Assembly (NCBI GenBank): GCA_012518355.1
Contig: JAAYSP010000175.1
Location: 1-61,563 of the forward strand
From: a candidate division WS1 bacterium
GTDB lineage: Bacteria > Armatimonadota > Zipacnadia > Zipacnadales > UBA11051
Reading direction: 5' to 3'
DNA length: 61,563 nucleotides
Below are positions 10,290 through 19,238 of the stretch, one piece after another. The position numbers were made by a program, and so were the translations under genes. The notes beneath the pieces are model-generated. The model was not told the origin of the DNA. It did not search any database and worked only from the letters and a program-made list of their open reading frames with translations. How positions within the stretch are numbered: position 1 is the stretch's first letter; each line of letters begins with the position of its first letter.

Positions 10290-10368
10290 CGCTCCGGAAC
10301 AGTTGACCTGTCATGAACGCCGACCTATACTGGCGGCGGAAGCGGCGGACCAGGTCCGGAGGGATGAT

Positions 10369-10974
10369 GTGAGGGCAATTCGGCAAATTCCGGGAAGTGT
10401 CATAGCAGTTGTAGTGATCGCACTCATCGCGATAGTGGCTGTAGCAGGCGGTGTTCTGCACGGCCGGGGTCATCCTGAGCATGTGGACGATGGGTATGAT
10501 GGCCAGCTACATGACGGTGTAGCATCTGACACTTCGGGCATTCCGGTGGACAATCCGGATTCAGATGCGGAGGCGCAATTGCATCGTACGCCCGGACGGC
10601 CTGGCACTGTCACTGACGATGGTGCAGCTATCTCAGGTAGCGCTGATGATGCCGAGCAGTTGGACGCATCAGGCCAGATAGGGGAGGAGCGCTACATCAA
10701 TCTGTGCGTGGAGATGGTGATCGCGGCTATCGGCTTTCAGAACGCCGGTCAGGGGCATGAAGAGTTGGCCGATTATCTGCCCGAACTGCTGGACAGCGAA
10801 GGCGTCACGATGGAGGCCTTCGAGGAAGCCACTGAAGTGATATCGAGCAACCCAAGGCAAGCCGAGAGAGTGGCCGAGCAGATCATCGAGCGTGTCGAGC
10901 AACGCATAGGCACCAGGATGGACATGCGAGTCCTGCCGATGCTGAACCCCGCTATGGGGGCAGAGGGCGGGTAG
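10369..10974 (+). CDS. Hypothetical membrane-anchored acidic protein
   Basis: This is the 3' two-thirds of ORF 10021..10974. The 5' third is antisense to tsaE and is rejected. In-frame GTG 10369 is preceded by GGAGGG and followed by a TM segment [22 protein letters not shown] recognise no family. Confidence 0.4.
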   Translation: MRAIRQIPGSVIAVVVIALIAIVAVAGGVLHGRGHPEHVDDGYDGQLHDGVASDTSGIPVDNPDSDAEAQLHRTPGRPGTVTDDGAAISGSADDAEQLDASGQIGEERYINLCVEMVIAAIGFQNAGQGHEELADYLPELLDSEGVTMEAFEEATEVISSNPRQAERVAEQIIERVEQRIGTRMDMRVLPMLNPAMGAEGG

Positions 10975-11029
10975 AGGGCTACCGTCCTGACTTTTGCAGC
11001 CTTGAACCGCCGTCTCACGAGGAAGATGA

Positions 11030-11836
11030 ATGCATCGAATCATATTCGGCGATTGTCGCCGCATGAGTGAACTCGAAGACCAAAGCGTGCACCTGATAGT
11101 TACGTCACCCCCATACTGGTGCATAAAAGACTATGAACACCCCGACCAGATCGGCTGTGAGCAGCCCTATGAGGACTATCTCGACTCGCTCAGCCAGGTT
11201 TTTTCGGAGTGTCATCGCGTACTGCACCCCGGCTGTCGGTTTGCGGTGAACATCGGGGACCAGTACCTGCGTGCTACCGATCATGGCCGCTACAGGGTAC
11301 AGCCTATATCCGCAGATCTGACAGTCATCGGCCGCCACCGGGGCTTCGATTTCATGGGCAGCATCATATGGCGCAAGATTTCCACGACTAACACCACTGG
11401 CGGCGGGCAGTGGATGGGATCGACATACTATCCTCGCGATGGCCATATAACTTATGAACACGAATATATCCTACTTTTCCGTAAACGGGGCGACTGGCCG
11501 AAACCGATCACCGCAGAGGCAAAAGAGAAAAGTCAGTTGACCGCCGAGCAGCGTTCGCACTGGTTCCGTGGTGTGTGGGACGATATCCCTCCCCAGCGTC
11601 AGAGCGGTCATGTGGCTATGTTTCCGATAGAGGTGCCGCGCCGCCTCATCAAGATGTACTCGTTTTGGGGCGAAACTGTTCTGGATCCGTTCATGGGCAG
11701 TGGTACGACGACTCTGGCGGCTGCCCGAGAGGGGCGCAGCTCTGTCGGTTACGAGCTCAATCGGCAATTCGAGCCACTGTTGCGCGACAGGTTGAGTGCC
11801 GATGATGACATTTCTGTGGAGTTTGCCTACAGATAG
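11030..11836 (+). CDS. DNA methyltransferase, beta-class N4/N6 family (SPPY motif IV, probably m4C type), solitary
   Basis: Motif IV is HLIVTSPPYW near the N-terminus and motif I is LDPFMGSGTT near the C-terminus, which is the beta permutation. FPIEVPRRLI is also present. No endonuclease-like ORF is adjacent. Confidence 0.85.
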   Translation: MHRIIFGDCRRMSELEDQSVHLIVTSPPYWCIKDYEHPDQIGCEQPYEDYLDSLSQVFSECHRVLHPGCRFAVNIGDQYLRATDHGRYRVQPISADLTVIGRHRGFDFMGSIIWRKISTTNTTGGGQWMGSTYYPRDGHITYEHEYILLFRKRGDWPKPITAEAKEKSQLTAEQRSHWFRGVWDDIPPQRQSGHVAMFPIEVPRRLIKMYSFWGETVLDPFMGSGTTTLAAAREGRSSVGYELNRQFEPLLRDRLSADDDISVEFAYR

Positions 11837-12128
11837 GCGGCGAGAGCGCAGAGCTGCCTGCTGTGGCTACCGTTGAGTGGCCGGAACTGTCCTGCCACAG
11901 CACTCCGCGGCTTCGGCTGCTATCGGTGCCCCCGGCTTTTTGTTTCTCCGACAATTCGAGCCACTGCTGCGCAACAGGCTGAGTGTCGTGGATGGCATTT
12001 CCGTGGAGTTTGCCTATAGATAGGTGGTGAGAGCCTAGGGCTGCCTGTTGCGGCTACCGTTGAGTGGCCGATACTGTCCTGCCACAGCACTCCCGCCTTC
12101 GCCGCCACCGGTTTTTTCGCTTCTCCGT
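11765..12128. repeat. 187-bp x2 tandem duplication: last ~70 nt of the methyltransferase gene plus ~115 nt downstream
   Basis: Copy 1 is 11765-11951 and copy 2 is 11952-12128. Copy 2 keeps an in-frame tail QFEPLLRNRLSVVDGISVEFAYR-stop, against QFEPLLRDRLSADDDISVEFAYR-stop in the gene. Both copies end in a T-tract. Confidence 0.85.
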
Positions 12129-12592
12129 AGTGACTTAGTGCTACACTTGTGCAAACCCATGTGAGTGCCATCCGGGGCTTGCAGAGGAGGGTAGCGTGAG
12201 GGGCGCATGAAGGCATACTACCGGTGCCTTCTGGTGAAGCGCTGTTCCGGCGCTCTCGTGCAACGTCGCATCGCTCGAGCCTGCTGCAGGGCATATGATG
12301 AGATGCTGCGACAGTACGTCGGGCACTATCAGTTCGTCTCTGTGCCCTCCGGAAGAGCCTTTCCGGACGGAATGCTCCCGACTCGCGCTTGTGTTGCTCA
12401 GACTGACGTAGAGATGTAGGGCGTGAGTTGTACATGGTCGGCACAAGTGCCCGTGACTTGCCGCTCACACAGCCCTGTCGCTTACACTAGTCCACCGGAT
12501 CGGGCGGCTGGCAAGATGGCATACGGAAACGTCGCACTGCGCTGCAGTGTCTAAAACTCTGTCTACACGAATGCGAGTAGGAGGCCTCGCCG

Positions 12593-12895
12593 ATGACAAC
12601 GAAATACCTGATCACTGTCGTGCTATTTGCCGCTGTTTTGAGCACTATCATCATGGGCGGCGTGTTGGCGCGGACCTCTGCACTGGCTCAGGATACCGAG
12701 CCGGACGAGGCTGTGGCTGTGCCGACTGAGAGCAAGCCTGCACCGGCGGTGGTATCAGCAATCCCGTATGAGACTGTAACCGAGTACCAGATGGATCCCT
12801 TCGAGCCGGGGCGTGTCCGTTCCACTGCAACAAAAACCAGCACGCTCATCCTGGTGCGCGCCGATGGTAGCACCGAAATCGTGAATGCCAAGTAA
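12593..12895 (+). CDS. Small secreted/membrane-anchored hypothetical protein
   Basis: AGGAGG lies upstream. The N-terminal hydrophobic signal is MTTKYLITVVLFAAVLSTIIMGGVLARTSALA. I recognise no family. Confidence 0.5.
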   Translation: MTTKYLITVVLFAAVLSTIIMGGVLARTSALAQDTEPDEAVAVPTESKPAPAVVSAIPYETVTEYQMDPFEPGRVRSTATKTSTLILVRADGSTEIVNAK

Positions 12896-13004
12896 GTCAG
12901 CGCAACTTGCCCTGAAAATTTCCGCTCGCCTGATGGCCAAACGCGGCGTGCTGTAAGTGTCTACCTGGCTGGTACATGAGCAGCACCAAGGAGGTAGCAG
13001 TAGC

Positions 13005-13541
13005 GTGGAAAAAGTGGTGGTAGATCCGGCTCTCCACTTCGCCCAGTTGCACCAATCGCTGACAAACGGCGGGGCGCTGGTGGTGTCTGTTGACTCAAGC
13101 GAGCGACCCAATCCTATGACGATCGGCTGGGCGAGTATGGGAACTGCCTGGTCGCGGCCCGTCCTCACAATTCTGGTTCGACATTCGCGCTACACTTACG
13201 AGTGTCTGAACACAACCGGCGACTTCACCGTATGCGTCCCATATCCGCAAACGCGTAGTGTGGTAGAGTTTTGCGGCACTCGCTCAGGACGCGATTGTGA
13301 CAAGTTCGTCAAGTGCGGTCTGACCGTGTTGCCATCACAAGCCGTTTCTTCGCCTGGTATCGCCGAGTGTGGGGTCATCTGGGAGTGCCGAACCATATAC
13401 ACAAGCGATCCGGATACAGACACTCTTGCTCCTGAGCTGGTCAGCACGATATATGGCGGCGGTGACTATCATCGCATCTATTTTGGCCAGGTGGAACGCT
13501 GTATAGCCGATCCTGATTTCGAGAAGCGTTTTGCGCTGTAG
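13005..13541 (+). CDS. Flavin reductase-like (FMN-binding split-barrel) domain protein
   Basis: GGALVVSVDSSERPNPMTIGWASMGTAWSRPVLTILVRHSRYTYECL...GDFTVCVP...FCGTRSGRDCDKF resembles the flavin reductase domain. GTG 13005 is preferred because AAGGAGG lies ~10 nt upstream. The ORF opens at 12957. Confidence 0.65.
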   Translation: MEKVVVDPALHFAQLHQSLTNGGALVVSVDSSERPNPMTIGWASMGTAWSRPVLTILVRHSRYTYECLNTTGDFTVCVPYPQTRSVVEFCGTRSGRDCDKFVKCGLTVLPSQAVSSPGIAECGVIWECRTIYTSDPDTDTLAPELVSTIYGGGDYHRIYFGQVERCIADPDFEKRFAL

Positions 13542-13738
13542 CAAGATGTACAACTGTGGTGGTCGAGTACTATGTTGTCGCAGCGCAGGATCTGGCCTAA
13601 CACTTCCCGGTGTGCACGATGCATGACACTATATGCCACCTGCGTCAGGCTGTAGGCGTGATGGCAGGTGATGAGTTTTAGGCCGTCCGTGCGGTCTACA
13701 CTATCGCCAGGTCTGTTTTCTACCCAGGAGTATGATAG

Positions 13739-14836
13739 TTGGACTATAGAAGTCGTTGGCAACAGAAGCGACGCAAGCGGCAGTTCATCCGCCTGGTGCT
13801 CGTCCCTGTGGTTGTCGTGGCATTGGCGCTGGTGGGGCATGTGGTGCGCGTCCTGGGGCACAACCCCTTGAGTTGGTCCTACAGTGGTATGACCGACAGC
13901 ATAGTGACACCGGTGGTCACTGCCAACGTGGTTGTCGCAGCGTTCAGCGAGGGCGAGGTGCGGTGTCTGCGAGTAGTTGACGGCAGCGAGGTGTGGGACG
14001 CAGGTTTTCGACGGCCTCAGCGGTTCACAAGCGCGCCGTCTGTGGCCAGGGGCCTCGCCATCGTCTGCGCCGACTATGGCAGAGTATATGCGTTGGGGTT
14101 GGCGGACGGAGAGATGAACTGGCAGTTGAAGCTTCCCGATGGACTACGAGGCGGGCCGTTAGTCGACGATTCTACAGCATATGTGGCCGCGAGAAACGGC
14201 ATGGTCCAGGCTGTTGACCTGCACACAGGGGAGACGCTTTTCACAGTCGAGACCGGTGCGGCGATATCGGATCAGCCTGTTCTCAGCGATCGGACACTGG
14301 TTGTGGCCGGTAGTGAAGGCATCATAGTGGGGCTGGAAGCAGGCACGGGCGAACAGATATGGCGCCGCCGATTGAGAGCGAACGTGCTCTGCCGGCCAGC
14401 CGTTGTTGGTGACATGATTGCCATCGGCTCTGAGCAGGGCCGCATGCATGTCGTAGATCCCGCCGACGGTCAGGCCAGGTTCGTCGCACAGGCCTCAGCT
14501 ATGATCAGGACCCCTGCGGTCACGGATGGCGACAGCCTGTACTTTTGCGATACCGATGGTTGGCTGTATAAGTGCGACCTGCAGACTGGAGAGGCTCAAT
14601 TTAGCCGTCGTTTGGCGCCATCCCTGCAAGCAGGGCCCTTTTTTTACCGTGACTCACTGTACTGTCTGGTGGATGGCGGACGTGTTGTAAGAGTTGAGCC
14701 ACAGACCGGGGTGGTCAGAGAGCGGCGCAGGATAGATGCTGCCGGATGTACCATGGCAGTCGGGTCAGGACACCTGGTAATCGGTACTCACGACGGCAGA
14801 CTGCTGGCTCTGGAGTTGGAGTCACAAGACGAGTAG
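13739..14836 (+). CDS. PQQ-like beta-propeller repeat protein (BamB-like), N-terminal membrane anchor
   Basis: TTG start preceded by AGGAG. A basic N-terminus is followed by the TM segment IRLVLVPVVVVALALVG. Repeated units of the form V...dG.v.Al...tGe..W run throughout. Confidence 0.6.
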   Translation: MDYRSRWQQKRRKRQFIRLVLVPVVVVALALVGHVVRVLGHNPLSWSYSGMTDSIVTPVVTANVVVAAFSEGEVRCLRVVDGSEVWDAGFRRPQRFTSAPSVARGLAIVCADYGRVYALGLADGEMNWQLKLPDGLRGGPLVDDSTAYVAARNGMVQAVDLHTGETLFTVETGAAISDQPVLSDRTLVVAGSEGIIVGLEAGTGEQIWRRRLRANVLCRPAVVGDMIAIGSEQGRMHVVDPADGQARFVAQASAMIRTPAVTDGDSLYFCDTDGWLYKCDLQTGEAQFSRRLAPSLQAGPFFYRDSLYCLVDGGRVVRVEPQTGVVRERRRIDAAGCTMAVGSGHLVIGTHDGRLLALELESQDE

Positions 14837-14895
14837 GGCCTGCACCGAGGAGCGCCTTTTGACCGAAGTACATCTATGCCGGCGGGAGCACTGTC

Positions 14896-14924
14896 TTGTA
14901 ATCACTCTGCTTTTGCCGTAGAAT
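14896..14924 (+). promoter_or_regulatory. Candidate sigma70-type promoter for hisC-aroF-tyrA
   Basis: TTGTAA (14896-14901), a 17-nt spacer, then TAGAAT (14919-14924). This would give a ~200-nt leader before GTG 15131. Confidence 0.35.
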
Positions 14925-15130
14925 TGGCCCAATACTGTACACTGGTAGACAGCTTCAGCACGCCTGTTCTCATGCCGCACGGGAATTGTGACACCGATAT
15001 CAGTGCCCGAAAGGACAGCATTCTGCTCAGGCTATCCAGCAATCCGTAACGCAGCTCGGCTGCTAGAGCAGGTCATGGCACCTGGTGCCGGCGTCGTTTC
15101 GATGATACTCCGGAAAGAGGATGAAACGCT

Positions 15131-16231
15131 GTGTTTCGCACCCGTGATTTGATCCGTGACACAGTCAAACGCATCACCCCGTATTCCCCAGGCAAAGACT
15201 CGGCTGAGGTCATGCGTGAGTTGAGCATCACCGAAGTGACGAAACTTGCCTCCAACGAGAACCCACTTGGCCCTTCTCCGATGGCCATCGAGGCCATGCA
15301 GGCGGCGGTTTCACAGGTGCACCTGTACCCCGACCCGCAGTGCACTGAGTTGACCGCGGCGCTGGCCCGGCACCTCCAGGTGCTGCCTGACTGCATCGTT
15401 GTGGGGCGCGGGTCTGATGAAGTCATCTCGATGCTGGGGTTGGCGTTTGTCAATCCCGGTGATGAGATCCTGTTTTCTCAGTATCCGTTCGCACTTTATC
15501 CGTTGACGGCATGGATGACTGATGCGGTGGGCGTGGAAGTGCCGGCGCGTGGTTTCGATCATGATCTGGAGGCTATGGCGGCAGCGATTAGCCCCCGTAC
15601 CAGGCTCATCTTCATATGCAATCCCTGCAACCCGACCGGCACAATTCTGACCAACGCTCAGGTAGCCGACTTCATGAAGCGTGTGCCAGACCATGTGGTT
15701 GTGGTGTTCGATGAGGCTTACTTCGAATATGTGGACGATCCCGACTTCGTAGATGCGTTGACTTATGTCCGCCAGGGGCGACGTGTGGCGGTCCTGCGCA
15801 CCTTCAGCAAGGTATACGCACTCGCGGGGCTTCGCATCGGCTATGGCATATGCAGCAAACCGGTGGCAGATGCGCTGAAGCTGGTGCGGCCGCCGTTCAA
15901 CGTCAACTCGGTAGCACAAGTGGGCGCTGTGGCCAGTCTTGGCGACCCACAACAGCTCAGAAACGCGCAAGAGATGGTGGCAGAGGGCAAGACCTACCTG
16001 TACCAACAGTTCGAGCAAATGGGGCTCGAGTTCGTGCCTACGCAGGCCAACTTCATCCTGTTTGACTCTACTCGTGGCAGTCGTGAGGTGTTCGATGCGC
16101 TGATGCGGCAGGGCGTCACGGTACGCACTGGTGATATCTGGGGGCTGAACACCTGGATTCGCGTGACCATCGGCACTGCTGAGCAGAATCGTAGATTTGT
16201 CGAAGCCCTGAAACAGACGCTTGCCGGTTGA
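15131..16231 (+). CDS. hisC: Histidinol-phosphate aminotransferase
   Basis: LASNENPLGPSP, the PLP-lysine context TFSKVYALAGLRIGY, and a length of 366 aa. Confidence 0.9.
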   Translation: MFRTRDLIRDTVKRITPYSPGKDSAEVMRELSITEVTKLASNENPLGPSPMAIEAMQAAVSQVHLYPDPQCTELTAALARHLQVLPDCIVVGRGSDEVISMLGLAFVNPGDEILFSQYPFALYPLTAWMTDAVGVEVPARGFDHDLEAMAAAISPRTRLIFICNPCNPTGTILTNAQVADFMKRVPDHVVVVFDEAYFEYVDDPDFVDALTYVRQGRRVAVLRTFSKVYALAGLRIGYGICSKPVADALKLVRPPFNVNSVAQVGAVASLGDPQQLRNAQEMVAEGKTYLYQQFEQMGLEFVPTQANFILFDSTRGSREVFDALMRQGVTVRTGDIWGLNTWIRVTIGTAEQNRRFVEALKQTLAG

Positions 16232-16657
16232 GTTGCCATCAGCGCTTCCCAGGCTGGCCGGGGAGACGACCCCCTTCGTAGTACGCTGTGCCGATTCGGC
16301 AGGGTCGATGCGGCGCTCTGCGACGCCCATCGGCAGGTGGTGACCATACGATTCGGTAGGGCTGATGTGATAGGCGCTACCGGCTGCTCATATCGGCATG
16401 CCTGCCGCGATTGCCAATGGCCACATGCCTTGCAGGTGCATGTATCCGTTTGAAGATATACCGGTCATGGAGATGCATAGGTGTATCTTGAGGATACTGG
16501 CACTGCCATGTTCGCAGATGATGTATGGCGTTGTCAGCCATGCCACTTGCCATATGATCTATATGACCTATCATGGCATCGCCATGATCGTAGTTGAGAT
16601 TGCCCGGCGGTGGGCAGGAGAGCCTCGTGCCGCTGCAAACCAAGGAGCAACTGTACC

Positions 16658-17701
16658 ATGATCATCGTGATGAGTACCAAAGCCGGTGATACCGAAGTCC
16701 AGAAAGTCGTAGACTTGCTGGAGGGTCGAGGTTACGGACACCACATCTCGCGTGGGGTTGAGCGTACCCTCATAGGTGCTATCGGCACCCCTGACGGCGA
16801 GAAGCGTACCCTGGCCGAACAGCTCATGACTATGCAGGGTGTAGAGCGTGTGGTCCCCATCGTACGCTCATACAAGCTTGTGAGCCGCGAACATCAGGAA
16901 CAGACCAGTGTGGTGTATATAGGCTCGGCACCGTTTGGTCGCGGCAATATCGGGATGATAGCGGGCCCCTGTGCAATCGAGAGTGCAGAGCAGACAGTGA
17001 CCGCCGCAAAAGCCGTGAAAGATGCAGGTGCGACGGTGCTACGAGGGGGCGCATTCAAGCCTCGTACCTCTCCGTATGATTTCCAGGGTCTGGGTGAAGA
17101 GGGTCTGAAGATTCTTGCTGAGGCCGGTCGGCAGACTGATCTGCCCACAGTGACCGAAGCCCGCGAAGCCCGCCACATTGACCTGGTGGCACGGTATGCC
17201 GATGCCATTCAGATCGGCGCGCGAAACATGCAAAACTACGACCTCCTACAGGCCGCAGGTGAGACCGGGCTGCCTATCATCCTCAAGCGCGGTCTGTCGG
17301 CTACCGTGGAGGAGTGGCTCAAGGCGGCCGAGTATGTCGCTTCGGTTGGCAACCTGAACATCATCCTATGCGAGCGCGGCATTCGCACCTTCGAGACCAT
17401 CACACGCTTCACTCTCGACCTGGCGGGGATGGTAGCGGCCAAGAACGAAACTCATCTGCCGATTATCGTGGATCCGAGCCACTCCACTGGTCATCACTCT
17501 CTGGTCGCGCCGATGACGCTGGCGGCGCTGGCATCAGGGGCTGACGGCGTGATGATCGAGGTGCATCCGCATCCCGATCGAGCTTTGTGTGACAGTCTGC
17601 AGCAGCTCACGCCGCGTAACTTCACTCGATTGATGGACAGAGTGCGTGATCTATCCAGCGCGATGGGCCTGCAACTGGGCAATACTGCCCGGGAGGCCTG
17701 A
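16658..17701 (+). CDS. aroF: 3-deoxy-7-phosphoheptulonate (DAHP) synthase, type I-beta, with N-terminal ferredoxin-like regulatory domain
   Basis: Start MIIVMS is preceded by AAGGAG. The core shows IAGPCAIES...GGAFKPRTSPYDFQGLG...IGARNMQN...DPSHSTG. The ~70-aa N-terminal extension is as in Thermotoga-type DAHPS. Confidence 0.9.
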   Translation: MIIVMSTKAGDTEVQKVVDLLEGRGYGHHISRGVERTLIGAIGTPDGEKRTLAEQLMTMQGVERVVPIVRSYKLVSREHQEQTSVVYIGSAPFGRGNIGMIAGPCAIESAEQTVTAAKAVKDAGATVLRGGAFKPRTSPYDFQGLGEEGLKILAEAGRQTDLPTVTEAREARHIDLVARYADAIQIGARNMQNYDLLQAAGETGLPIILKRGLSATVEEWLKAAEYVASVGNLNIILCERGIRTFETITRFTLDLAGMVAAKNETHLPIIVDPSHSTGHHSLVAPMTLAALASGADGVMIEVHPHPDRALCDSLQQLTPRNFTRLMDRVRDLSSAMGLQLGNTAREA

Positions 17702-17708
17702 GACTGCC

Positions 17709-18560
17709 ATGATATACAGGCGGATGGCAGTTATCGGCATCGGTCAGATCGGTGCCAGCTTCGCGTTGGCGGCGAAAGCTGCGGGCGCAATCAGGCGGGT
17801 CGTAGGTGTGGCACGCTCACAGCAAACGCGCGATATGGCTATGCAGGTGGGAGCAGCTGATAGCTGTACCGAGGATCTCGCCGCCGCAGTCGCCAAAGCG
17901 GATTTGGTCTACCTGGCGGTGCCTGTCAGAGCCATGCGGCAGGTCATGACAGACATCAGTCCTGCACTGGCCCCGGGTTGTCTGGTGACTGACGCTGGGA
18001 GCACGAAAGCAGAGATCTGTTGCTGGGCTTCCGAAATCCTCCCGCCTGAAGTCCACTTCATCGGTGGTCATCCCATGGCCGGTACCGAAAAGCACGGCCC
18101 GGCCAGCGCTTCGGGAAGCCTCTTCGCCAACACCACTTACCTGCTGTGTCCCATGCAGGCACCCCAGGAAGTGGCCGATCGCTTTCGCAGCCTGGTGGAG
18201 GCGATAGGTGCCCGGCCCGTGACGGTGTCACCTGATGAGCATGATCGAGTGCTGGCATACTCCAGCCATCTGCCGCATCTGTGCGCTGCAGTCCTCAGCC
18301 TCACGCTGAAGCGACGTGACATAGAAAACGTGACGTCTTTTGCCGGTGGTGGATTACGGGACACTACTCGCATTGCCGCAGCCGATGTGGAGATGTGGCG
18401 TGACATCATGGCGGCAAATGGAAGCGCTATTGTGGCGGCAACCGAACAGTTCTGTGAAGCACTAAGTGATTTTACTGATGCGGTGATTGCCGAAGACTGG
18501 GAGCAGGTTGCCGAGCTGCTTGCTGAGGCCAAGAGCTACCGCGACAGTCTGTACGGCTGA
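17709..18560 (+). CDS. tyrA: Prephenate dehydrogenase
   Basis: Rossmann motif MAVIGIGQIGASFALA, plus GSTK and the GGHPMAG motif. I chose ATG 17709, just after the aroF stop. Confidence 0.85.
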   Translation: MIYRRMAVIGIGQIGASFALAAKAAGAIRRVVGVARSQQTRDMAMQVGAADSCTEDLAAAVAKADLVYLAVPVRAMRQVMTDISPALAPGCLVTDAGSTKAEICCWASEILPPEVHFIGGHPMAGTEKHGPASASGSLFANTTYLLCPMQAPQEVADRFRSLVEAIGARPVTVSPDEHDRVLAYSSHLPHLCAAVLSLTLKRRDIENVTSFAGGGLRDTTRIAAADVEMWRDIMAANGSAIVAATEQFCEALSDFTDAVIAEDWEQVAELLAEAKSYRDSLYG

Positions 18561-18633
18561 GAGCGCGGACAACGGGAGGTAGCCGATCTGAGCGACAGAG
18601 GCCGGTCATAGGTGAGGTCTGGAGCTGGTCGAG

Positions 18634-19104
18634 TCATATCATCTTGAGGTCTTTTAGCAGGACGTTTCCGTACTGGGCTGCAATCTTGACGAAGTTCGAC
18701 TCGAAGCCTGCTTTCATCGGCCACAGTACATACGCCTGTGTGGATTGCTGGCCGAGTTCGATTAGAGCTCGTGTACGGCAGTGGCCGTCCAGTAGATAGT
18801 AGCGGGTGCGGCCGTCAGCGAAGTGTTCTTCGACTATGACCGGGATTTGGAGCTGACCGGCCTGCACTTTGCGCCGGACGATCTGGAACTTGTCGGCTTC
18901 GATGGCATCCTGGGTGGCGATGAGACTATGCAGAGACACAGTCTTGAGTTCCCACTCGACTCCGACACCCATGTTGCGGTAGGTGGCGATGATCTCATCG
19001 AGGATCCGAAGCTGCCCTTCAGGCGTCACTATGCGTTTGTGGTCCATACCTCGTCTGAACAGCTCAGGCCACTGCTTTGTTCCATCCCCTGTTGTTCCGT
19101 CCAC
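18634..19104 (-). CDS. ParB/sulfiredoxin-fold (ParB-like nuclease) domain protein
   Basis: LHSLIATQDAI...QIPVIVEEHFADGRTRYYLLDGHCRTRALIELG matches the ParB N-terminal/Srx-like core (tQ ... P..V ... Y.l.DGhHR..A). There is no C-terminal HTH or dimerisation part. Alternative start is 19047. Confidence 0.55.
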   Translation of the reverse strand: MDGTTGDGTKQWPELFRRGMDHKRIVTPEGQLRILDEIIATYRNMGVGVEWELKTVSLHSLIATQDAIEADKFQIVRRKVQAGQLQIPVIVEEHFADGRTRYYLLDGHCRTRALIELGQQSTQAYVLWPMKAGFESNFVKIAAQYGNVLLKDLKMI

Positions 19105-19238
19105 TCGTCACATCGGTGCAGCTATCACCCGGCGAAGGCAGTTGTTGAAGCCAACCGCTGCATGACCGGCCACGATTGCAGGCTCCAAGAGGTGACATTT
19201 GCGACGCCACAGATACCATTTTCGTCAGGAGAGATGCC

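Noticed and set aside
10021-10368. N-terminal third of ORF 10021..10974
   Set aside because: It is fully antisense to the well-supported tsaE gene. Only the part downstream of GTG 10369 is retained, at low confidence.
11765-12128. Possible diversity-generating retroelement (VR at the gene 3' end plus a downstream TR), considered for this repeat and also for 40841-41672 and 54779-55050
   Set aside because: The mismatches between copies are a mixture of transitions and transversions at all four bases, not adenine-specific. No reverse transcriptase gene is present anywhere in the window.
11920-12468. 182-aa minus-strand ORF across the methyltransferase tail duplication
   Set aside because: It is very Arg/Ser/Pro-rich, runs antisense through a duplicated coding tail, and has no RBS or family resemblance. 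This is a typical GC-rich spurious ORF.
11030-12592. Complete restriction-modification system
   Set aside because: Only the methyltransferase is recognisable, and no endonuclease-like ORF lies on either side. It is reported as a solitary methyltransferase instead.
14925-15130. T-box or histidine-attenuator leader upstream of hisC
   Set aside because: There is no T-box consensus (GGTGGTACCGCG-like) and no His-codon run. Only weak hairpins are present, so I kept just a low-confidence promoter call.
15311-16330. Long antisense ORFs. Others of the same kind are 783..1475, 1620..2378, 43396..44121, 45755..46549, 47902..48516, 52934..53725, 56640..57623 and 58485..59378.
   Set aside because: Each lies opposite a CDS with clear family motifs. 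Their composition (Arg/His/Gln/Val-rich with no motifs) is typical of shadow frames in GC-rich DNA.
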